A DNA stretch of 58,545 nt, the filler included, from Asterionella formosa (Eukaryota), in NCBI GenBank assembly GCA_002256025.1. It is 8 parts of 8 records of this genome, joined end to end, with 100 filler letters (N's around TTAATTAATTAA, not from the genome) between each part and the next. Parts side by side here need not be neighbours in the genome. Positions count along the whole stretch, not along the records: positions 36,678 to 43,905 come from NKIB01012498.1; positions 44,006 to 51,226 come from NKIB01012499.1; 6 more parts are not named here. One strand, given 5' to 3'. The notes below the pieces were generated by a model. That model was given only the letters and a program-made list of their open reading frames with translations. It made no database searches and had not been told where the DNA came from. Position 1 is the first letter of the stretch; the number at the start of each line of letters is the position of its first letter. Below are positions 36,678 through 48,250 of this stretch, piece by piece. The translations under genes were made by a program, and so were the position numbers.

Positions 36678-39600
36678 ATCAAGGGAAAACCTACAGCCCT
36701 CACTGTAACCCGCCTTTGCAAGGAAAATTACGCCAACGCTCGCTCTGTCCACTGTACCAGTGGTGGTGGTGCCAATGGTTTCCTTGGTATTGTCATGGCT
36801 GCTGCTCCTTATCTCTTACACGCTGGTGAAACATTTTTACCGCCCAAGCATCCCGGCACCCAGCCGCCTCACAGTTTAACTGCCACACAGTCCCAAATCA
36901 CAGCTGCCATCTGTCTCTTTTGTCACCTTCCTCGACGCCTTCCGCCGTTACTCCCAAATCCGTGAAATTCTCCGGCAACAAATTCTCACCGCCATTGACC
37001 TACTTACTATAACGTTTTGGAAGATGCTACATTTGGATATGCTGACATCACTGTTATGACCTTGCTCGCTCACTTAGACTCAATATATGCAAATTTTGAG
37101 TGTGGATGATTTAGAATTTAATCGCATGCGCTTGGCTGATGCTTGGACACCAGAGGAACTTCTTGAACAGTTATGGGTCCCCATCAAGCATCTTCTTGCC
37201 ATTGCTGATGCTGGTGGGGAGCTTTTATCCGACAATACTGTCATGTGGTTGACTCTTTCCGCTATAGAACAGGCTGGTGTATATTCTCATAGTATTCAAA
37301 CCTGGCGTGATTGCGCGGAGATGGACCATACATGGATTAATTTTTGCCCTCATTTCATGCACGCCAATAAGGAACGATTGCGCCTTGCCACCGCCGCCAC
37401 CGCCGGTTACCATGGTGCCCATGCTGCCATTCCAACCAGTGGAACTCCCCCACTGCCAGGGATTACTGCAGCTGCTTGTGCTGTCCCTTCTGGGTACAGT
37501 TACAACAATGTCCAATGAGGCTATTGTTGGACTCATGGTACCACCAAAAACCCTGAACATACCAGTGCAACTTGCCATCATCCATCTTCTGGCCATCAGA
37601 TTACTGCCACCCTTGATCGACGTATGTGTGGCAGCATCCGTATTTTCAGTGATGTTACCCGTCCTGTCCGGCCACCCTGTGGTTCACCGCCACCTTCAAC
37701 AAATGCTTGATGTGGAGGGGAGCAAGTAGTTATCGATAATACTATTAACACAAACTTATCTCCCATCACCTGTCCTTCAGGGAAAATTCATTCTCCCCTC
37801 CAGCACTGGAAACAACTACATTATGGTTTTATATGATTATGACAGTAACTACATTTTCGTTCAGCCTTTTCAAAACCGAACTGCTTCCTGCCTCCTTGCA
37901 GCATATAAAAAATTACACCAATGCTTGTGCAAAGCTGGCCTATGTCCCAAACTTCAACACCTTGACCACGAGTGTTCTACACTACTCAAAGAGTTCTTGG
38001 ATGCCGAAGCTATTGACTTTCAGTTGGTCCTGCCAGTCGTCCATTGTCGCAATGCCGCTGAACGTGCAATTCGCACCTTTCAAAACCATTCCATCGCCGG
38101 TTTATGCGGTTTCGACAAAGACTTTCTGCTCCACTTGTGGGACCAACTATTAGATCAAGCTGAACTTACTCTTAATCTCATCCGTGGCTCACGCATCAAC
38201 CCCAAACTGTCTGCTTGGGCACAGGTCAATGGAACATATGATTACAACCGCGTCCCCCTGGCTCCACCTGGCTGTCGGGTCCTTGTTCATGCCAAGACCC
38301 AACACCGCACAACATGGGCTCCGCATGCTATTGATGGCTGGTATGTCGGCCCTGCTGTGGATTCCTATCGATGCTACCGCATCTGGATGTGGGACACACA
38401 TTCCATCAGAATCTGCCATACTGTCTCGTAGTTTTCAACCAAAGTCCACCTACCTCGTAATTCCTCCCATGACCTCATCACAACCAGTTTGCAGGACATT
38501 GCCTATGCTTTGTTACACCCCACCACTCAGTCTCCTGTTGCCCCCCTCACTGCAACCCACTAAGCTGCTATCCAGCAGCTCCTTGAAATTCTCTCACTGC
38601 CTGCTGGTCTCACCCCTCTACCCGTTGCTCCCATCCTGCGTAGCCCCGTTCCATCACTGAGGGTGCCCGGTATACCAACAGCATCCCCATCCACCTTATC
38701 CCTGATCCTGATGCCCGTTCACATCTCCCGGTCTCTCCAGCCATCGCTGGCTATGTCCAACCACTGAGGGTGCTTAACCCTAACCCTAACCCTACCGACC
38801 CGAGTGTTGCCAACCCTACCCCTAACCCTAACTCTCACCTTGCTGGCAACCCTACCCCTAAGTCCCCTCCTGCCAGTGGCCCCACGCTCATTGCAGCACC
38901 ACCTTGCACCTGTTGTGCTGCCCAGAACTCTGCCACCTTCCCCTCCGGTCACTTACAAAACTACCAATGCGCCAAAGAGCCGTTGTCGTCATAAAAACAC
39001 ACCACGTGCTGCACCACATGCTGGCCATCCCCACACCCCATCTTTGCTTGCCAACTTTGCCCTCTCCGCCCCTCCTCAAACCAGTACTACTCGTCCCCTG
39101 GACACTAATTTTTGTTTCCATGGCACCGCTATCAACCCTGACAATGGCAAAATTGCTGGATATAAAGAATTATTGACTTGCAGCACTGCTCCCCTGTGGG
39201 CCACCTCGAACGGATTAGAAATTGGCCAGTTATTTCAGGGTTTGGGACCCCATGCATTCTGAAAAGGGCCCACGGGTACAAATTGTTGTTTTTTCATTCA
39301 TAAGCATGAGATGCCCTCATACAAATGCGCCACTTATATCCGCATTGTGTGTGCCGATCGCCCCGAAAAAACCATTCCCCAATGCATTCATTGGACCGCT
39401 GGGGGTGATCGTGTGATTTACAACGGCAATGTCAGCACCAAGACTGCTGATCTCACTACTGCAAAATGTGTCCTTGTTTAACAGCACCATTAGTACCCCC
39501 AACGGCCGTTTCATGACTTTGGACTTATCCGATTTTTATCTCGAAAGTCATCTTGCCCCTGACGATTATGAATACATGTGCATCCCTATATGGATAATCC

Positions 39601-41102
39601 CCCCACACATTCAAACCCTCTACAACCTAGCTCCCAAAATCATTGATGGGCACATTTACGCCGAGATCCGCTGAGGCATGTACGGGCTGCCTCAGGCTGG
39701 TAAACTTGCCAATGATCAACTTGCCCAGTTCTTGCTCCCGCATAATTTCCTCCCCTGCCCAGTCACCCCTGGCCTATGGATGTATACCACCAGTGATCTC
39801 ATGTTTACGCTTGTTGTTGATGACTTTGGTGTACGTTACAACAAACGTAGTGACGTGGACCGTCTCCTCACCACTTTATACACCAAATACCATCTCACCA
39901 CTGATTGGACTGGCTCCCATTACGTTGGCCTTACACTGATGTGGGACTACGAACACCGCACCGTTGACCTCACTATGCCTGGCTACATTGTTTGTGCTCT
40001 ACAACGATTCACGCACTCCACTCCAACACACCCGCAACATGCCCCCCATGCCTGGACTGCACCTAGGTATGGCGCTGGACAACAATTCGTTGTTCCTGAT
40101 GTCACTCCTGTCCTTGACCTCCATGATCTAAAACGTGTGCAGGAGGTTCTTGGTACCTTATTGTATTATTCCCATGCTATTGACTGTACTATGTTGCCCA
40201 CCCTTGGTACATTGGCTACACAACAAGCAACCCCCACTGTGGCCACCTTAACTGCTATTACTCACCTTCTCAATTATTGTGCCACTCATCCTGATGCCAC
40301 ACTCCGCTTTATTGCCAGTGACATGGTCCCACATGTTGAAAGCGATGCTTCCTATCTTTCTGAAACGCGTGGTCACTCCTGTGCTGCCAGCATTCACTTT
40401 CTCAGCTGTAAACCTCTGTCACTGCCTTGCCTCACTCTGTCCATCCCTCCTCTTAACGGTGCTATTTACGTACACTGTCGAATTCTTAGGGAGGCTTTAT
40501 CAAGTGCTGCTGAGGCCGAACTCACCGACTTGTTCCACAATGGCAAAGAGGCATATGCTATTCACAACATTCTTGCTGAGCTTGGTCATCCCCAGGCCAT
40601 TACCCGTATTGTCACCAATAATGGCACTGCCAGCGGCGTTGCCAATGATACAGTCTGACAAAAACGCTCCAAAGCTATGGATATGCATCATTACTGGGTA
40701 TGCTATCAGGTTTGCCAAGGCCAATTTCTTGTTTACTGGGAAAAAGGTAGTTTGAATCATGCCAATTATTTCACTAAACATCATCCCACTTCCCATCATA
40801 CGTTGATGCGCCCACACTATCTCCATTGCCCTCCCTCCCCCCCCTGATCCTCCTAACTATTATGCTTGCTTGGCTTCTGCTGCTGCTATCACCTCCACTC
40901 CGGTTCATGCTATTCTGCCTACATCTGCTGGTGAGGGTGTGTTAATATCTGAATATGATTCTCCATACATGCGCTGTACAAAACATACCGGCGCAGCAAC
41001 CAGATTATAGGTACATGCGTGAGTGCTAACAACAATGTACTCGAAACAGCAATAATATTGTGGTTCACCTTTATTCACGATAAGGTTCCCCTCCCCTCAA
41101 CA
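36678..41102 (+). mobile_element. Ty1/Copia (CoDi-like) retrotransposon, decayed and internally deleted: gag-INT-RT-RNase H-PPT-3' LTR
   Basis: gag YCWTHG..H.SATC; integrase YDYDSN, LDHE, AERAIRTFQNH; RT GMYGLPQAG, LVVDDFGV; RNase H SDASY, SSAAEAE, KAMDM. PPT GAGGGTG at 40933-40939 and LTR TGTT..AACA at 40940-41102. Confidence 0.93.
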
Positions 41103-41614
41103 CAAGTGACTGGTAAAACTGAAATGCTATTTATCTTCTTCATTGTAGAAGTGCAATCAAATGAATGTTCTGGTGGAATTTTCACTTGCATGATCGAAGA
41201 GGACAAGAAATAATGGTCTCAGATACACGCTTATCTACGACGTGACTTGCCATAAACAATGAGACTCTGCCTAATATATACAACCAATCAACGACACATG
41301 ACGAAATCTAAAAGATATTTTTTAACTGAACTATTCTCGAACACGAATATGTAATTTTTATTTGAAAAAAAAGGTCATCCAGTCACCTAGCAACTGACCG
41401 ATTGCTGACAAATTTGTAGGTTTGTAGCTACAGTTCAAATTTTTCATGAACTCTTCTCTTAACCTAATCAACTTGGGCTGTGGACTCGTTGGAACAAGAG
41501 GCGAAGGAATACACTGTTGAGGATTTGGATCAATGATGAATAGGATTATTGGGGGAAGGATGATCTTGGAAGGAAGTGGGCCCATACATGGTAGGAGAAG
41601 AAACAGGCGGATTT

Positions 41615-41817
41615 CAGTTACCCTTGGCAATAGATGCATTTGGGGATGGATTACCTTGAAAGGAATCGGGATCATCAAGTGCTGGATTACAGTTATCCTG
41701 GACAATAGGTGCATTGGGGGATGGATTACCTTTAAAGGAATCGGGGTCATCAGGTGGATTGCAGTTACCTTGGATAATTGGTGCGTTGGGGGGTGGATTA
41801 CCTTGAAAAGAATCGGG
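41615..41817 (-). repeat. 3 tandem units of 72-75 bp within a decayed ORF (PDSFQGNPxPNAPI repeats)
   Basis: Units start at 41615, 41690 and 41762. Periods are multiples of 3, within ORF 41614-42075. Confidence 0.85.
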
Positions 41818-43032
41818 AGCACTTTTGGAAGGATGAGCAACAGGTGGATCACTGCGCTTCACTTCTTGCCAGCGAAGGGCTAAGTCAGCAATTCCTTGAA
41901 GACATTCGCACAATTGATTAACCCAGTACATGATAGTGTGTAGCGAGGGCGAGCCCTCTTGATCGGAAGGAACCTCTTGTGTCTGTATCACTGTATTCAT
42001 GCCATATAAATAGGATTCATTTAAAGCACTCATTGTCTCACTTGTTATCTTCTTGCTTCTACAGTTTTCAAACAAGACGGCTTGAAAAAATTTAGATTAT
42101 GTGACGGAATTGGTATGCATTCCTCAGGCAAAGCAATAAAGCTGAATATTGCTCAGGCAAAATAGCACTTGCCCTGACGAAAGAACGCACATGCGTGCAA
42201 ATGTTTAAATACCACGCTATGGGAATAGTACTTTGTAACGCTATGTTTCTTATGCAGAACTAATACTGTCGTCTATACCACGTTGCTCCTACACTACAGG
42301 AACCGGTACCGGTAGTTAGAATGAAAATGCGAGCTCTATCTTAGCTATTAGGGGTTTACTATATAGAGAGGAAGATCAGAACAGCTGGATATGTTCCGAT
42401 CTTGAGAATTTGAGAAAAAGGAATATGTATGTTTGCATACCACGTCAATTCGGGGATTACGTATGCACTATTTACGTATGGAATTAGTATTAACCTACAG
42501 GAAGAGAGGAATGGATTGACCATTGGAGATCATTTTCATTTTTCACAGTTTATATCATAATTTTAGTTTACGTTATACATTCTAACCTTTATTATCCGGT
42601 ATTGCCACTGAGAATATCGTCACTGTTTAAGACGGTTTCTGGTTAACAAGGTTAGCCAGCCCATTTTCCCTCCACTAGTTTATCAGGACCCATTCCGCTC
42701 ACCGTGAGCAAGTGAAGAAAGAGAAGAGTCACTGTGAAGCAACGGCGTGTCTGCCCAAGTTACAGTGAATAATGACACAGACAGGAAAGAAGTCAACTGT
42801 GTCAAGGACAAGGTTGCAGGTGTCAAGCTTAGGACAAGGAGTCGACATTGATCAGAGTAGAGAGTCCTCTGCTGGTATGGATACGCATGTCTGCAGGAGA
42901 TATTAGAAAACCAAAAGAGGCTGTAAGCCCCAACAAGGAAGAGAAACCTGTTGAAATCCCATTTATAGTCACTCCGTACAGAGTATAAAATGACTCTTGA
43001 TAGCAACGAGACTAATCAACAACTGTTAAACA

Positions 43033-43905
43033 ATGAGTACAAATCCAATAATCCCAGAGATGTATGAAATGGTCTGGGATGACAATGATGAAAACATTGA
43101 TAATGAAGCAGAAATGGAGAATGAACTTGGAACAATATTAACAAACATAATGGGCATTGAAGATGAATTCAAAGAAATATTATGAAGCAATGGAATCATT
43201 ACTATGAAAATGTTTTTCACTTTCATAAGAAGACCAATATTGCAAATCTTAACCATGCTAGGAGAATCAAGATACAGAATATACAGAGCAAGCCTTGTGA
43301 AGATACTTAGCTACTGTGAATGAAGAAATCAAAGAAGGAGGATCCTTGTGCAAAGTGGACATGAATACAATTCACAATGTTATCACAAAACCCGAATACA
43401 TTAGGGCATACAACACTCACAAGAAAACATTGCACAAATCCCTAGAATTAGCTTGGAGACAACATAACCTACAAACATTGCAATCAGAAATATCAAGGCA
43501 GGCATTGTCAGAAGAAGAAAGAAAAGTAGTCAGGGGAAGACACTGCAACCAAGACAAAATCCTGAACAACAATATGCAAGCAATAACAATGTTGAGCCTG
43601 ACCCAGAGGAACCACTTTCCAAGAACTTTGACACTGCATTATATGCACAATCTGTAGCTATGAGGAACCTAACAAATCCTAGTGGCTATAAACCAACGGT
43701 AATTATGAAAGAACAGGGAGTATTGCCGTGGACAGGTTTTAGTTTGAAAATTCGATGGAATGGACAAAGGGAAACATTTGCAAGTTTTCAAGTTGCCTTT
43801 GAAGACCAACTGTATATGTCACAATGCGGGTATGCAATATCACCATCCTTTGTTCAAGCATATGTGTCATAAAAAGAATCATGTTTAGATGACTTCCCCA
43901 AGATA
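43033..43905 (+). pseudogene. Decayed gag-like ORF of another LTR retrotransposon (5' part)
   Basis: Broken ORF MSTNPIIPEM... ending in FSLKIRWNGQRETFASFQVAFEDQLYMSQCGYAISPSF, preceded by an LTR/leader-like region (~42320-43030). Confidence 0.4.
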
Positions 43906-44005
43906 NNNNNNNNNNNNNNNNNNNNNNNNNNNNNNNNNNNNNNNNNNNNTTAATTAATTAANNNNNNNNNNNNNNNNNNNNNNNNNNNNNNNNNNNNNNN
44001 NNNNN
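43906..44005. other. Artificial contig spacer
   Basis: N44-TTAATTAATTAA-N44. Confidence 0.98.
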
Positions 44006-44320
44006 GGGGGGGCAAAGTCAGGGTCTGGGTTTCAGTGTCGAGCGTCCAGCCCAGAATGTCTGGGCGTCGCCCTGACCAAGTTTCTTAGCCGAGATTAGGT
44101 CCTTGCGGCAAGGGGGGTCTGACGGGGCTGGGGGCTGGAAGAGGGAGTCGATGGCATCAAGGAGGGCTGTGCAAATGCGGTGGCGATTGCGAGCGGTTTG
44201 GGCGATGTCAAAAAAATCATCGACAAACACATCTGTGGCGGCCAAAGGGGGTTTGCGGTCGGTGGAAGGCGGCGGGGGCCCATGGAGTTTGATGTCGAGG
44301 TGCGGCGACACTTCTGCGCT
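44006..44320 (-). mobile_element. Fragment of a DIRS/Ngaro-like (tyrosine-recombinase retrotransposon) reverse transcriptase
   Basis: GC-rich island encoding DVFVDDF...LLDAIDSLFQP..D..RKDLISAKKLGQGDA and, after a frameshift, ILGWTLDTETQTLTLP. Confidence 0.7.
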
Positions 44321-44329
44321 TGGTGTGTC

Positions 44330-46706
44330 AACAGAGGACATTGAAAACGACAATCTTGTTGTTGAAAATGCAGATGATTCTGTGACTATCCCTGCAGTTT
44401 GTTTAGATAATGACGTTTTTTTCAGAAATAATTTACTTGAGAAAAATGCAACAGTTCCACAAGCATTAAAGAAATTGGATGGAATGGAAAAATGGACGGA
44501 AGTTACTGGTAAGGTCGCTCCATGCTCTCCTTGCTCAACACCTGAAAAATCTTCACTTCGAGAATCTGTTGTTTGTGTCAGCAAGCAACCAGATTCCATG
44601 GATTTTCTAGGCAACCCTGAGGGTTTTGAGATTTATTATGCGTATTCTACGACGCTCGCATCTGATGCTGGTGAACCTAGAACATATAAGGTGGCTCTTA
44701 AACATCAGGATGAACCAAAGGAGAAATCGACAAATTTTACAAATGGGATGTCTGGAAAAAGGTCCCCAGGACTATTTTAAATGGCCGGAAACCTCATGGC
44801 ACACGTTGGGTGTTCAAATGCAAAGCAGGACAAGACAAGTCAAGAGTTTTCGATATAAAGGTCGAATTGTGGTCAAAGGATATGTTCAAATACCTGGTAT
44901 TGACTTCACGGAATCTTTTGCTCTTGTTGCTACTGATGCTTCTATGCGGAGTATCTTTGCCATTACACTATTTAAGTGGCATCATCAGCATGTCAAGGAT
45001 CGATAGATTTTCAAAATTATTGATGTGGAAGCTGCATTTCTCGAAGGAGATATGGACTAAAGCATTTACATTGAATACCTTGATGGAATTTCAGATTACG
45101 GTTTTGAATCTGCTGACACTGTCAAGAACACATGTACCTTACTTGAGAAAGCCATGAACGATATGGTGCAGGCCGCATTACAATTATTCAAGAAGTTGGT
45201 TAAGAATTTTACTCTCATTGGTTTGGAACAAAAGCAAAGTGGACCCATGTGCGTTTTTCTTGAAGAAACAGGGTGAACTGATACTGATTATTGGCATTCA
45301 TGTTGATGATTGTGCTATTGCAGGCAAACCTTCCAATGTTCAGTGGTTCAAATCTTTGATGAAGAAATATTTTACCATAAAGGAACTGGGAATTCTGTAT
45401 AAACATTTGGGTGTGTGGGACAAGTGGAGTGACGACACAACCGGTCGATATTTAGAAGCAAGCATGGAAGATTTTGTAACATTTATGATTGAAGAATTCA
45501 AAACATTGTTTAAGAAACTACCACAGACAGCAATGACTCCAGCTCTTTCAGGTACTATCTTGAAAAACTGATGGGAATACTATTCTACTCAAATAAAATT
45601 GTTCCATGGATGGGAAGCGCGCTGCTATATTTTGTGAAGAAGATTGGAACAGTATGTGCCAATGCATGTTGCAAGCAAACTATCACAACACTTGGAAAAT
45701 CCAGGAGAAGCGCAATGTAACGCTGTGGGAAATATATTTCTATGGATATATGTCATCGAAAATTGAAAATGAGACCACCTCGTGCAATGAGAGTTCAAGA
45801 CGTCGTGGGTAGTTCATTCGGTGACAACCCCCTGATACTCAGAAGTCAACAAGTGCCTACATGGGAAAAATCGGAGGTTCTGCTTTGTTGATTAATTGAA
45901 TTTGAAAGGGTCGACCAATTGTGACATTTTCAAGCACTGAAGCTGATTACATGGCTTTATCTGATGGATCTAAAGAGACAGCGTTCGTTACAAATGTACT
46001 TGCTGAGGTGACCAAAGTGATAATGCCAACAAGTCTTCTGTCTGAAAATAATACTAGTGCAATTTTTCTATTGAAAAATTCACAGGTTGGTTCAAGAACC
46101 AAACACATTGATGTCCGTTATCACTTTATTCGAGAGAAAGTGAAAGCAGGGGCGATTAAAGTTTCATATGTCAATACATTAAAGAATCCCGCGGATTTGC
46201 TGTCTAAAAGCATGATGCGCACGCCTTTCAAATTATGAATGCTGCATTTATGGATTGCTGGGATCGAGATCAGGGATGGTGACAATATATCGAATAGTGG
46301 ATTCTTTTTTATGTGATTCGATCAATTCGATCAAATGACAATATGATTATATGTGAATGAACGATGGCACATAATAATTCAATGGAATAAATCTTGGGTT
46401 TGACATGAGATGTCAATTGACTTATTGTAAAGTGTGAACAACCACTACACTCTTGGAATAATCACGGTGAGGGGGGCAACAGATCATGTTTGGGAATGAA
46501 CAGTTGTTGCGATGGACAACAATCTGAGAAAAGGTCATCTTTGAAGTTTTAGTTTTAGCTCATAGCAAGTAAAGTGTGAAATCTGTTTTCAACTTAAAGT
46601 TTGGAGTGTTAAAATGTAAGGCAAGTCAAGTTATCACCCAAGCTAGCAATACAAATAATTGGGTGAGTAAGCTCATAGCTGTGAATATAACCTAGATACT
46701 TTAACA
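44330..46706 (+). mobile_element. Decayed Ty1/Copia pol (RT-RNase H) with a probable short 3' LTR
   Basis: EPRTY, KGRIVVKGYVQIPGIDFTESF, DVEAAFLEG, IHVDDCAI, SSTEADY, RTKHIDVRYHFIRE (to 46238). TGTTAAA...TTTAACA at 46607-46706. Confidence 0.88.
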
Positions 46707-46964
46707 CTGGAATACATGCAAGATGGCTGGGATTTCGGTTTTTCATGTCATTCATATATAAGAAAACGAGTACTTTTCACTCAAATATACACCATTATGT
46801 TAAAAAGGTTTGGAATACATATTACCACCAGTACGGTAGTACCAGGGTACAGACATTCAACAATACATTGCTTATTCTTCACGCGAATAGAAAATTCGCA
46901 TTTCTTGAAGAAAAAAAATTCCCAAAAAGCCATTGTGTACATAAAAACACTTTTGTGCAAGGAT

Positions 46965-48250
46965 GTTAATGGAATGTCTCAAGGCCCAAAACGCTATGCA
47001 AGATTGACCAAAAAATGGCTGCCTGCAACTGAAACTTTATTATTTTTGCTTCATGAAGAAACACCGATCGAAAGCATTTGAAGACTTCTGTGGAGCACTT
47101 TAATCCGGAATGATATCCTGCAAAATAAAATAAAAGAGTCAGTACAGTAAAATATCGGAATATTGTCGACAACAAGAAAATGTTTGATTGGTTTATTCAA
47201 AATGTTGACAAAGGATGGAAGGTGAGAAACTCAAAGCATTACATCACCCATTTGATATACAAATGAATGAGGCGATGAACAATGCTATTGCAAGGCGGTG
47301 TCTAAGAAACAAAATGCTCGCTGGCTCCTGAGTCGAAGACTGCTCAATCGAGTAGCGTGAGTGGCTGGACAGCAGACACAAGGCGCTAATAAATACATTT
47401 CAGAAGTATATGAGGAATTTGGAATGACTATTTCGACTTGACAACAAATCTGTTGGTGCCAATGGCAAAGAAACTCGATCAAGTGATGCGGAATACAAGA
47501 AAAAGCCCAAAAGGAAACGCAAACGACTGGAAGAAATCCATAAACAGTGCATGTTTTGAGATTACTATTAAACAAGAAAAGACCGACCCGAAAAGAGGAA
47601 GAACTTACTAATCAGGTATAGCAGCCAGGTTCAACCTCCCGCTGCCAAGAGGTGCAGACATTGCAGACTGATATACCATTTGAGAAGGAAAAATGCACAA
47701 TATCGCTACCACAACAGCAACTCCTCGTGTTGAACTTGCACAAGAAACTACTGGTATTACTGATTTTACTGATGCATCAAATACATGTGGTTCAATTGAG
47801 GCTGGCGTGATTTTATAAGACCGGGATACTCTAGCCAATCTGGAGCAGGTGAGTGAATTTAATTCAACCAATCAGAATATGTGTTGTGACGTGGGAACTT
47901 ACCATGGAGTAGTCTTTTCGGACAGAGAATTATGTAGGCATATAGACCTACGCAAGACTACTATGTTTACAACGACGTTTTTGCACGTGCAAATTCCGAT
48001 TCCAACATATTGGTGATGGTATCTGTGGGTTCTCATGAAGATTAAAATAGAAAGCGTGTATGCTATAACTTCAGGCGTTAACTTCAGGAGAGAAAGTGCA
48101 GTTATGTATTGTAAATTTTTAAGCCCCCCCCCCCTCTTTTCACTATTTTTGGGGTCTTACAAATCTACGATACATAACTGCACTTTCTCGAGAAATGAGG
48201 TCCTTACCATATCTGCAAATGGAGCATAACCCCTATAGCTGGTTGCAACC
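46965..48250 (+). mobile_element. 3' part and right terminus of a Kolobok-like element related to 15491-18120
   Basis: MSQGPKRYARLTK matches MSRGPKCDARLTK (~17863) at the DNA level, followed by HHPFDIQMNEAMNNAIA. The element ends GGTTGCAACC followed by TGAA (48251-48254). Confidence 0.6.
48090..48189. repeat. Subterminal hairpin (~40-bp imperfect arms, outer 20 bp perfect)
   Basis: GAGAAAGTGCAGTTATGTAT (48090-48109) pairs with ATACATAACTGCACTTTCTC (48170-48189). Confidence 0.9.

Noticed and set aside
44103..44780. 225-aa and 198-aa ORFs as novel genes
   Set aside because: They are chimeras across the junction between a DIRS-like fragment and a Copia linker.
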